Assembly: GCA_039794845.1 (NCBI GenBank)
Contig: JAUQVK010000036.1
Coordinates: 1 to 14,205 of the forward strand
DNA: 14,205 bases
Reading direction: 5' to 3'
From: Thermostichus sp. DRC_bins_24
Lineage (GTDB): Bacteria > Cyanobacteriota > Cyanobacteriia > Thermostichales > Thermostichaceae
The notes beneath the pieces are model-generated. The model had not been told where the DNA came from, made no database searches, and worked only from the letters and a program-made list of their open reading frames with translations. Made by a program: the position numbers and the translations under genes. Of this stretch, positions 1 to 8,108 are shown one piece after another; position 1 is the stretch's first letter; every line of letters begins with the position of its first letter.

Positions 1-1
1 G

Positions 2-250
2 AGAGAATCCCCCTGGTACGAGGAAATCAAGCAAGAAGGAATCTAAATCGGCAAGCTGGAGACAGTGCCAATTTTGGCGGAGTTAGGGCTATCAGCAGAA
101 GAGATTGCCCAGCGGTTGACCCTGACCATCGAACAGGTGGCTCAAGTGTTGGATCCTGAGTCTGGCTGCACCTCAAACGCGCCAATATTCACCATGCCAC
201 CTACGATCCGGTTAAAGCCTGTGCCCTGTTGGTCGGGGGTGAGGGGGTAA
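2..250 (+). pseudogene. C-terminal remnant of an Rpn-family (recombination-promoting nuclease/putative transposase, DUF2887-like) gene with an in-frame stop; 5' part lies outside the window
   Basis: Frame from base 2 reads RESPWYEEIKQEGI*IGKLETVPILAELGLSAEEIAQRLTLTIEQVAQVL. This matches the typical cyanobacterial Rpn tail (ESPWYQEI..EG...GLS.EEIAQRL.L..EQV). TAA at 44-46 is in frame with ORF 65..250. Recognisable similarity ends at about 150. Confidence 0.7.
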
Positions 251-649
251 TGCTTCACATTGAGGGCCAGCGCAGTGTTGCCTGCGTTGAGGGTTGGGCC
301 ATTTGTGACTAGCGCATGGGTTGAGCCACAGCCACCGGGCACCGTAACCTACAGATCCTCTGCTCCTAACAGGATCCACTGTTGGCATTACAAGTGGCCG
401 GATCATTGCCTAAACCGGTCCTGAGCCGGTGTTGCCATTCAGGTTGTTCACATTCGGGCCTGTTGGGGCTACGTTGACCGTACCGCTTGGTACTGCTGTA
501 CCGAACTGATTGCCATTCAAAACGACTATGCCGAAGGGGTTGCTGATGGCTCCGCCGCTGGTTACGGCCGTGTTGCTGCTGAGGCTACTATTGCTCACAT
601 TCACTGTAAAGGCACGGATCCCGCCGCCATTAGTGCCTGTGCCAGAAAA
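142..649 (-). pseudogene. Fragmented secreted beta-helix (polymorphic outer-membrane-type repeat) protein with choice-of-anchor Q C-terminus
   Basis: Frame A (649-410) reads FSGTGTNGGGIRAFTVNVSNSSLSSNTAVTSGGAISN, with GGGI/GGAI and N-x-A repeats. Frame B (342-142) reads THALVTNGPTLNAGNTALA...PLTPDQQGTGFNRIVGGMVNIGAFEVQ, resembling THAL..GSPAI.AG...TDQRG..R......DIGAFE. Stops at 412-410 and 351-349 with a frame change between the fragments; no start or signal peptide visible. Confidence 0.7.
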
Positions 650-758
650 TCTAAGCGGTACTCCGGAACCTAGCTTGGGTAGGGATAGAGGTCGGGTTCT
701 TTGCTACGGGTAGTAGATTGGGTAAGTGTGAACACTCCTCTGATCCCTGCTTAACCTC

Positions 759-3392
759 ATGCCAACTTTGCTCCTCCCCATTGATCTCGACCACCTACTC
801 ACCCCCGACATTCAGCGGCCCGCCCGCTACTTGGGGAAAGAATTTGGCGCGGCCCATCGGGCTTGGGATTCGGCACAGGTGCGCTGGGTGCTCAGCTACC
901 CGGAGCTGTACGAGGTGGGAGCTTCCAACTTGGGCCACATCATCCTCTACAACATCCTCAACGCCCAGTCGGATCAACTGTGTGATCGCACCTACTTGCC
1001 GGGGTCCGATCTGATCGCCCGCATGCGCCAGTTGGGGATCCCGTTGTTTGCGGTGGAGTCACGTCGCCCCTTGCGGGAGTTTCACATCATCGGCTTCAGC
1101 CTGGCCTACGAGTTAGGGGGTACCAACATCCTCGAGATGCTGGATCTGGCCGGGATCCCCCTCACTTGGGCGGAGCGGCAATCCCTATCCGTGCAAGAGT
1201 GTCCTTTGATCTTTGCCGGGGGGCCAACGGCCACCTCCAACCCAGAGCCCTTTGCAGATTTTTTTGATTTTTTCGTGTTTGGAGATGGCGAGGAAGTCTT
1301 GCCGGAGATTGGGGCAGTGCTGGCGCGGTCTCTAACCCAGTCGCGGCAGCAGGTGCTTTTTGATTTGGCCCAGGTGCCGGGGGTATATGTGCCCCAGTTT
1401 TATGAAGGGATCCCTCCCAAGCCCATCCTGCCAGGGATCCCGACTCGGATCCGGCGACGGGTGGCACTTCCTCAACCGGAGTATTCTGTGGGCTTGGTGC
1501 CCTTTGTGGAAACGGTACATGACCGGCTGGTGATGGAGGTGCGGCGGGGCTGTACCCGTGGCTGTCGCTTTTGCCAACCGGGGATGCTGACTCGTCCGGC
1601 CCGAGATGTGGATCCCCAGCAACTGGTAGACGCAGTGGTGCAGGGTTTACAAAAGACCGGCTACAACGAATTTTCCTTGTCTTCTCTAAGTTGCTCCGAT
1701 TACCTCTCCCTACCGGCAGTGGGGGCCGAGCTGCACAATCGCCTCCTCAAAGAACATATCGCCCTTTCTCTACCCAGCCAGCGGGTGGATCGCTTTGATG
1801 AGCAAATCGCCGCCATCATGAAGGGGTCGCGTCGCTCCGGCCTCACCTTTGCCCCCGAAGCCGGAACCCAACGCCTACGGGACATCATCAACAAGGGCCT
1901 TACGGATGCGGATTTGATTCGGGGCATTCGCACCGCCGCCCAAGAGGGCTGGGACAAAATCAAGCTCTACTTTATGATCGGCTTGCCAGGCGAGACCGAT
2001 GAGGATGTCAAGGGCATTGCCCGCACCGTGCAGAGGTTGCAACGGGAATGTGCCACCGTCGGTTGTCCCCGTATGCAATTTACCCTGACAATTTCCAACT
2101 TCACCCCCAAGCCCCATACCCCTTTTCAGTGGCACCGGGTGGATTACGCCGAAATTCAGCGCAAACAAACCCTCCTGAAACAGGAGCTACGGCCCCTACG
2201 GGGGGTGAAAGCCCACTTCACGGATATTCGCTTCAGCATCCTGGAAGATCTCATCGGCAAAGGGGATCGTTCCTTGGGGCAGATGATCTACCGAGCCTGG
2301 CGAGCCGGAGCCGGAATGGATGCCTGGTGGGAAAACATTGATGCGGCCTATGCCGCTTGGGTAGGGGCCTATCGTGGTGAGGCGGATCCTGACCCAAGTC
2401 CGGATCTCCCCCCCAACGCCCATCTGCCCATTCACGAGTTTGACCTGGAGGATCCCTTACCTTGGGATCACGTGGATACTGGCATCGATAAAAAATGGCT
2501 GCAAAAAGATTACCGCCGTGCCCTAGAAGCCATGACCGTGGAGGATTGCTCCTTTGAGGGCTGTTCTGCCTGTGGCATCTGTGGCCCTGGGTTTGGGCAC
2601 AACATTGTCCTACCCCCCGCTCCTATTCCCCCCATCCAAAACCCACCCCACCCCACCAATGACCCCCTAGAACCGGAACAAGCGGCCCAACGCTTCCGCA
2701 TTACCTACGGCAAAACCGGCGATCTGCGCTGGCTAGGGCACCTAGACTTGATGCGCCTGTGGGAACGGGCCTGTCGGCGGGCCGGATTGCCTTTGGCTTT
2801 TAGCGGTGGCTATCACCCCATGCCACGCCTTTCCAATGCCAATGCTCTGCCCATCGGTCAAGTGGGATCCGGCGAAATTTTGGATCTGGAACTGTTGCCC
2901 CGTCACCTCTTCGGGGAGCGGTTGCCCTTCACCCCAGAGGAACTCCAGACCCGTCTAACCGAACAACTGCCCGCCGAAATTCCCATCCAGTCCATCCGGG
3001 AAATTGACCGACGTGCTCCCTCCGCCACCGAAGCTGTTTATGCCGCCGAATATCAGCTCACCGTCGGATCCGAAGTGACGGATCCCGATTGGCAGGGCTG
3101 GGTGGAGCGCATCCTGGATACCTCAGAAATTTGGATTGAGAAAATCTCCAAATCTGGCAAGCCCTACCCGATCAATGCCCGTGCTTTGCTTTACCATCTG
3201 CAGTTTCAAGGGCAAGCCGCTGATGGATCTGCCTGCCTCTTCTATCGGGGCAGTTGCCGCAATGATGGCGCCTACCTACGGCCCATCCAGCTGATCCAAA
3301 TGGCTCAGCAACTGGGGCTGCCCACGTGGGACTTGCGAACGGTGGAGCGGCTGCGCTTGCTGTTGCAGAATTCCGAGTCGGAACTCGATTGA
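759..3392 (+). CDS. TIGR03960-family B12-binding radical SAM protein fused to C-terminal DUF2344/TIGR03936 domain (877 aa)
   Basis: N-terminal RPARYLGKE and YPELYEVGASNLGHIILY; radical SAM CxxxCxxC motif GCTRGCRFCQ (1551-1574); TFAPEAGTQRLRDIINK; KLYFMIGLPGETDED; NFTPKPHTPFQW; second Cys cluster CSFEGCSACGIC (2547-2582); DUF2344-type RITYGKTGDLRWLGHLDLMRLWERACRRAGLPLAFSGGYHPMPR from about 2691. Confidence 0.92.
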   Translation: MPTLLLPIDLDHLLTPDIQRPARYLGKEFGAAHRAWDSAQVRWVLSYPELYEVGASNLGHIILYNILNAQSDQLCDRTYLPGSDLIARMRQLGIPLFAVESRRPLREFHIIGFSLAYELGGTNILEMLDLAGIPLTWAERQSLSVQECPLIFAGGPTATSNPEPFADFFDFFVFGDGEEVLPEIGAVLARSLTQSRQQVLFDLAQVPGVYVPQFYEGIPPKPILPGIPTRIRRRVALPQPEYSVGLVPFVETVHDRLVMEVRRGCTRGCRFCQPGMLTRPARDVDPQQLVDAVVQGLQKTGYNEFSLSSLSCSDYLSLPAVGAELHNRLLKEHIALSLPSQRVDRFDEQIAAIMKGSRRSGLTFAPEAGTQRLRDIINKGLTDADLIRGIRTAAQEGWDKIKLYFMIGLPGETDEDVKGIARTVQRLQRECATVGCPRMQFTLTISNFTPKPHTPFQWHRVDYAEIQRKQTLLKQELRPLRGVKAHFTDIRFSILEDLIGKGDRSLGQMIYRAWRAGAGMDAWWENIDAAYAAWVGAYRGEADPDPSPDLPPNAHLPIHEFDLEDPLPWDHVDTGIDKKWLQKDYRRALEAMTVEDCSFEGCSACGICGPGFGHNIVLPPAPIPPIQNPPHPTNDPLEPEQAAQRFRITYGKTGDLRWLGHLDLMRLWERACRRAGLPLAFSGGYHPMPRLSNANALPIGQVGSGEILDLELLPRHLFGERLPFTPEELQTRLTEQLPAEIPIQSIREIDRRAPSATEAVYAAEYQLTVGSEVTDPDWQGWVERILDTSEIWIEKISKSGKPYPINARALLYHLQFQGQAADGSACLFYRGSCRNDGAYLRPIQLIQMAQQLGLPTWDLRTVERLRLLLQNSESELD

Positions 3393-3427
3393 ACGGGCCA
3401 GTATGGGCTTAGAGATCCCTCAAACGT

Positions 3428-3433
3428 TATAAT
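3428..3433 (+). promoter_or_regulatory. Putative -10 element (TATAAT) for rne, implying a leader of about 530 nt
   Basis: Perfect TATAAT 36 bp after the radical SAM stop codon. No convincing -35, which is common for cyanobacterial promoters. Confidence 0.5.
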
Positions 3434-3967
3434 TTTGCCATTGCTGGCTCCTGCTGCTGGAGAACTCGCCAGGCCTCAACCTCGCCAAAGGGGAAGTGGG
3501 CAGCGGGTAGGAGGTTGGGCCGGATCCCAGAATGGAGACACTCTTAAACTCAATGCCCAAGGCACGTAAACAGGCGCGATGGGGTCGATAGGCACAACAG
3601 AGGTGGATGACCTTTAAGCCGAACCTCATCTCCGTATGTTTCTGAGAAGGTTCTTCCTTCCTACTGCCAAATGTGGGGTTACTTCGGGTTGCACCACTGG
3701 GGTTCCGTGATAGAACCATTGCCCAAGCTTCTCTGGAGCTGAGCAGGGCCACTTTGAATCCCGAATACATCCATGAATCCAAGAATCCGAAAAGAAAAAA
3801 GGCTTACGGGTTATTCCCCGTCAGAGCAGAGCTAGAGCAATGGAAAACTCCATGATCAGTCAATTTTGGTTAGAAGAATCTGGGCGGATCCCTGCAAAGA
3901 GGCAACATCTTGCTGGAGCAATGGATCGGTTCGCAAAAGTGTGCCCTTGGCACGGGGAGGAGTGTTA

Positions 3968-6151
3968 ATGCCCAGGCAGATCGTTATTGCCGAGCAACAT
4001 CGAGTCGCCGCGGTCTTCGCCGAAGATCAAGTTCAAGAGCTGATCGTCGCCAGTGGCGTTCACCAAGTGGGGGACGTTTATCTGGGGGTGATCGAGAACG
4101 TTCTGCCCAGCATCGATGCCGCCTTTGTCAACATTGGCCCCTCGGAACGGAATGGGTTTATTCACGTTACCGACCTAGGTCCCCTGCGCCTGAAACGTAG
4201 CCATGCTTCTATTACGGAGCTGGTTTTGCCCCAGCAGAAGGTCTTGGTGCAGGTGATGAAAGAGCCGACGGGCAACAAAGGGCCACGGCTTACCGGAGAT
4301 TTGGCCTTCCCAGGGCGATATTTGGTGTTGCGTCCCTACGGCAAGGGCGTCCACTTGTCCCGCCGCATCGAAGATCGGGAAGAACGCAACCGCTTAAAAT
4401 CTCTGGCCATCTTGATCAAGCCTGCGCAGATGGGCCTGTTGGTGCGCACCGAAGCGGAGGGTGTGTCCGAAGAGGCGATGATCGATGACCTCGAGCAATT
4501 GAAAAAGCTCTGGGAAGACATTCAACAGCAGTATCAGTCGGCACGGGGGCCAGGGCTACTCAACCGGGATGATGACTTTATTCAGCGAGTTTTGCGGGAT
4601 GTCTACTCCGAAGATGTGAACCGCATCGTTACCGATTCTCCGGCGGGTGCCAAGCGCGTCCGTGGCTATCTGCAAAGTTGGAACAAAGGCCAAATGCCCG
4701 CCGGTATCTTGGTGGATGCCCACCGCGAACCCACCCATATCCTGGAGTATTTCCGGGTCAATGCCGTCATTCGGCAGGCGTTGCGCCCACGAGTGGATCT
4801 GCCCTCTGGTGGCTACATTATCATCGAACCCACCGAAGCCCTAACGGTGATCGATGTTAACTCTGGCTCCTTCACCCAATCGGCTACCTCCCGCGAGACG
4901 GTGCTGTGGACCAACTGTGAGGCTGCCACGGAGATTGCCCGTCAACTGAAACTGCGCAACATTGCCGGTGTGATCGTGGTGGATTTCATCGATATGGATT
5001 CCCGCCGCGACCAACTGCAGGTGCTGGAGCATTTTAACAAGGCACTTTCTAACGACAAGGCTCGCCCGCAGGTGGCGCAACTGTCGGAATTGGGGTTGGT
5101 AGAGTTGACCCGCAAACGGCAGGGGCAAAGCCTTTATGAGATCTTCGGCCACTCTTGCCCCACCTGTGAGGGTTTGGGGATCCTGGCACGCTTGCCGGGG
5201 GTTGAGCCGGGGCGGCTGTTGACGGTGGAAAATGGCCTGATGGTGACGCTGCCCACGGATACCGCCGATGGTGGGGAAGGTGAAGGCGTTTCCAACCTGC
5301 TCTTGCCCCGCGATAGCGACTCACAGCGGGTACGCCTGCGGGTGGGGAATGATGGACTGCAGCGTGGCGATAGCACCGGCCGTGCCCCCTTGCGGCGGTC
5401 TCGTTCTGGCCCAGGACAACGACGCTACAGCCCAGTCTTGGATCCCTTTGCAACCCCAGCCGACCTGGAGGAGGAGCTACGAACCGAAAGCGGACGGAAG
5501 CGTGCCCGCGAAGAATGGGGAGAACCCCGCACCGGGCAGCGCATCTCTCGAGGTATGGATATTGCCTCAGAAGGGGAAACCTCACCCTCCGAGTCCTTCG
5601 GGGATGATTTCCCGGGCGGTGGCGGGGGGCAAAAGCGCAGAGAATCCCGTCGCTCTGGCCAAGAGGGGGAGGGGTACGGCCCACGCAAAGACTACCCCTC
5701 TCCAACGCGAACGGAAGAGAGCCGCCCAGCCCCAGCACGGCAGACCATCACCGTTGAGATGACCCCTTTGCAGCAACGGGTCTACTCAGAGTTGGGGTTG
5801 TCGCCGCTGTTGCTTTTGAAGCAGCCGCCACCTCTAGGTCGCGATACAGTGGTGAGGGTAGCTCTGCCGGGCACAGTCCCTGTAGGGACGGAAGGAGCAA
5901 CGGACGTGGAGCTCCGCGAAGATGCTCATCCCCTAGCCAAGGAGTCCCTACCGGAACCGGATTTCTCAGAGGAGAAAGAGCCGGAAACTGAACTGGGAGA
6001 TACGCTTCCCGAACCAGAGCCTTCTGAACCCGAAATTCCGCCTGCTGAATTGACGGCTGAACTACCGGCTGCGGAAGCGGAGGGACTGGCGGTGAACCCA
6101 GCTCAGCAGTCTCCGGCAGCATCCAGGCGAAGGCGCTCTCGGAGCTGTTGA
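3968..6151 (+). CDS. rne: Ribonuclease E (Rne/Rng family), 727 aa from the ATG at 3968
   Basis: MPRQIVIAEQ is a typical cyanobacterial RNase E start, preceded by GGGAGG at 3955-3960, so 3968 is preferred over the TTG at 3866. S1 domain (VGDVYLG..ENVLPSIDAAFVNIG), IDVNSG and DFIDM catalytic motifs, Zn-link CPTCEG, long disordered acidic/Arg-rich CTD, conserved EMTP..Q.VY..LGLSPL microdomain and Arg-rich C-terminus. Confidence 0.96.
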   Translation: MPRQIVIAEQHRVAAVFAEDQVQELIVASGVHQVGDVYLGVIENVLPSIDAAFVNIGPSERNGFIHVTDLGPLRLKRSHASITELVLPQQKVLVQVMKEPTGNKGPRLTGDLAFPGRYLVLRPYGKGVHLSRRIEDREERNRLKSLAILIKPAQMGLLVRTEAEGVSEEAMIDDLEQLKKLWEDIQQQYQSARGPGLLNRDDDFIQRVLRDVYSEDVNRIVTDSPAGAKRVRGYLQSWNKGQMPAGILVDAHREPTHILEYFRVNAVIRQALRPRVDLPSGGYIIIEPTEALTVIDVNSGSFTQSATSRETVLWTNCEAATEIARQLKLRNIAGVIVVDFIDMDSRRDQLQVLEHFNKALSNDKARPQVAQLSELGLVELTRKRQGQSLYEIFGHSCPTCEGLGILARLPGVEPGRLLTVENGLMVTLPTDTADGGEGEGVSNLLLPRDSDSQRVRLRVGNDGLQRGDSTGRAPLRRSRSGPGQRRYSPVLDPFATPADLEEELRTESGRKRAREEWGEPRTGQRISRGMDIASEGETSPSESFGDDFPGGGGGQKRRESRRSGQEGEGYGPRKDYPSPTRTEESRPAPARQTITVEMTPLQQRVYSELGLSPLLLLKQPPPLGRDTVVRVALPGTVPVGTEGATDVELREDAHPLAKESLPEPDFSEEKEPETELGDTLPEPEPSEPEIPPAELTAELPAAEAEGLAVNPAQQSPAASRRRRSRSC

Positions 6152-6285
6152 GGGGAGGGGATTGACGATTGACGCTCTCCCACTGGGTACGGAGTGAGAT
6201 TCCTACTTCACCGGTCCACGCTCAGATGTTCGAGCAACTCAATCTTGCAACGCAAGGTGTGGAGCACCATTGTCCCCGGTCAGCG

Positions 6286-6314
6286 TGTGCTCATCTCATC
6301 ATGTGCTCATCTCA
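6286..6314. repeat. 13-bp direct repeat TGTGCTCATCTCA x2
   Basis: Exact copies at 6286-6298 and 6302-6314. Confidence 0.8.
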
Positions 6315-6432
6315 GGCGAACAGGTATGACGTACCTGAGTGCATTTGCCGGGATCCCTGGATCTGGCGGGTGAGCGGTGCACTTGCCCGGACTTCTGCCA
6401 GGATAAGTTGAGATCCTCTGGAGACAGGCTCT

Positions 6433-7983
6433 TTGTTTGCCCAAGTCACTTCCGCAGCCCTACTGGGACTCAAAGCCGTGCGGGTCACGGTGGAGGTGGA
6501 TGTTGGGGGTGGGCTGCCCCAGATCACGCTGGTGGGTCTTCCCGATGCTGCAGCTCAGGAGGGCAAAGAAAGGGTAAGGGCGGCCCTTAAAAACTCAGGC
6601 TTTGCCCTGCCCCAACGGCGGATCATCATCAATCTAGCCCCTGCGGATCTGCGCAAAGAAGGGCCCAGCTTCGATCTCCCCATTGCCCTCGGCATCCTGG
6701 CTGCTTCGGGGGTGGTTGGGCCGGAAACACTGGCCAGCACCCTGATCGTAGGGGAGTTGGCCTTGGATGGATCCCTGCGCCCGGTGGCTGGGATCCTGCC
6801 GATTGCCGCCAGTGCCGCCGAGATGGGGATCCAGCACTTGGTGGTGCCCCAAGCGAATGGTCTAGAGGGGGCGGTGGTGCAGGGGATCCAGGTGTATGGG
6901 TTTACCTCACTCTCGGCAGTGGTGAACTGGCTGCAGCACCCACAGACGGAAAAGCCGGTACAGGTACACCCCCAACAGATGCAGGGGGCCAACTCGGGAG
7001 CCCTTCTGGATCTGGCGGATGTAAAAGGGCAAGAACACGCCCGTCGGGCCTTGGAAGTGGCGGCGGCAGGTGGGCACAACTTATTGCTGGTGGGCAGCCC
7101 CGGAGCGGGCAAAACCATGCTGGCACGGCGGTTGCCAGGGATCCTACCGGCCCTACAGTGGGAGGAGATTTTAGAAATTACCCGTATCTACTCGGCAGCC
7201 GGTCTGTTGCGGCAAAACCTTCACCTAGGGGGACAAACGGCCCTGATCACCCAGCGCCCTTTTCGTGCTCCCCATCACTCGGCTTCTTCGGTGGCCTTGG
7301 TGGGTGGGGGATCCTATCCCAAGCCGGGGGAAATCTCGCTGGCCCATCGCGGCATTCTGTATCTGGATGAGCTGACGGAATTTCGGCGAGAGGTGCTGGA
7401 GGTGCTGCGCCAACCGCTGGAAGACGGCAAGGTAACCATTTCCCGTGCCCGCGTTTCGCTGGAGTTTCCGGCCCAAACTACGCTGGTGGCCTCCACTAAC
7501 CCTTGTCCCTGCGGCTTTTATGGGGATCCGGTCACTCCCTGTACCTGCACACCGCAGCAACGGGAGCGCTACTGGTCGAAACTCTCCGGCCCGCTGTTGG
7601 ATCGCATTGATTTGCAGGTGCGGGTGAACCGTCTGAAACCGGAAGAGATTTTGCGGGCCCAGACCGGTGAACCCTCGCAGTCAGTGCGGGAACGGGTGGA
7701 ACAAGCACGGCAGCGACAACAGCAGCGCTTTCAACAAGAGGCAGGGATCCACTACAACGCTCAGATGCAATCTCGCCACCTGCGGCAGTGGTGTCAGCTG
7801 TCGGATCCCTGTCGCACCTTGTTGGAGGGTGCCATTCGCAAGCTGGGCCTTTCTGCCCGGGGGAGCGACCGTATTCTCAAGGTGGCCCGTACCATTGCCG
7901 ATCTGGCCGCAGCTGAGGCGATTGCCCCAACTCACCTGGCGGAAGCGATTCAATATCGCAGTTTGGATCGCTCCCTGCCCTGA
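6433..7983 (+). CDS. comM: YifB/ComM family Mg-chelatase-like AAA+ ATPase (transformation branch-migration helicase family)
   Basis: N-terminal VEVDVGGGLPQITLVGLPD and INLAPADLRKEGPSFDLPIALGIL; Walker A GSPGAGKT; PFRAPHHSAS; Walker B LYLDE; NPCPCG..CTC; SGPLLDRID; LSAR...RILKVARTIADL. TTG start with a GGAG upstream. Confidence 0.93.
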   Translation: MFAQVTSAALLGLKAVRVTVEVDVGGGLPQITLVGLPDAAAQEGKERVRAALKNSGFALPQRRIIINLAPADLRKEGPSFDLPIALGILAASGVVGPETLASTLIVGELALDGSLRPVAGILPIAASAAEMGIQHLVVPQANGLEGAVVQGIQVYGFTSLSAVVNWLQHPQTEKPVQVHPQQMQGANSGALLDLADVKGQEHARRALEVAAAGGHNLLLVGSPGAGKTMLARRLPGILPALQWEEILEITRIYSAAGLLRQNLHLGGQTALITQRPFRAPHHSASSVALVGGGSYPKPGEISLAHRGILYLDELTEFRREVLEVLRQPLEDGKVTISRARVSLEFPAQTTLVASTNPCPCGFYGDPVTPCTCTPQQRERYWSKLSGPLLDRIDLQVRVNRLKPEEILRAQTGEPSQSVRERVEQARQRQQQRFQQEAGIHYNAQMQSRHLRQWCQLSDPCRTLLEGAIRKLGLSARGSDRILKVARTIADLAAAEAIAPTHLAEAIQYRSLDRSLP

Positions 7984-8039
7984 ACCCGACCTAACCGGTG
8001 CGCCCATAGGGAGCACTTCTTCGAGTTCCCCAAAAGGTG

Positions 8040-8108
8040 CGCCAACGATTTGCTAACCACAATTCGCCAACAATTCGCCAACAAATTGAGAGTCAGTTGG
8101 CCGAAATT
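8040..8108. repeat. 11-bp tandem repeat (ACAATTCGCCA) with an imperfect inverted copy, between convergent comM and pheA; possible bidirectional terminator
   Basis: ACAATTCGCCA at 8059-8069 and 8070-8080, degenerate CGCCAACGATT at 8040-8050, and GTTGGCCGAAATT at 8096-8108, which approximates the reverse complement. Confidence 0.55.

Noticed and set aside
2610..2668. C-tract cluster (G4 on the minus strand / i-motif)
   Set aside because: Fully explained by Pro codons of the interdomain linker.
3420..3855. ORFs 3420..3782 (-) and 3673..3855 (+) in the rne upstream region
   Set aside because: No recognisable motifs; the region is better explained as the rne leader.
3866..3967. 34-aa N-terminal extension of RNase E from the TTG at 3866
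   Set aside because: Family similarity begins at MPRQIVIAEQ, and the ATG at 3968 has a strong GGGAGG Shine-Dalgarno.
3393..3967. Cobalamin riboswitch near the B12-dependent gene
   Set aside because: No B12-box consensus recognised here or upstream of 759, and this region is downstream of the gene.
5049..5762. 229-aa (-) and 164-aa (+) ORFs overlapping the rne C-terminal region
   Set aside because: Arg/Pro/Ala-rich off-frame shadows of a GC-rich low-complexity coding region.
8040..8108. CRISPR array
   Set aside because: Repeats are 11 bp and directly adjacent, with no unique spacers and no cas genes.
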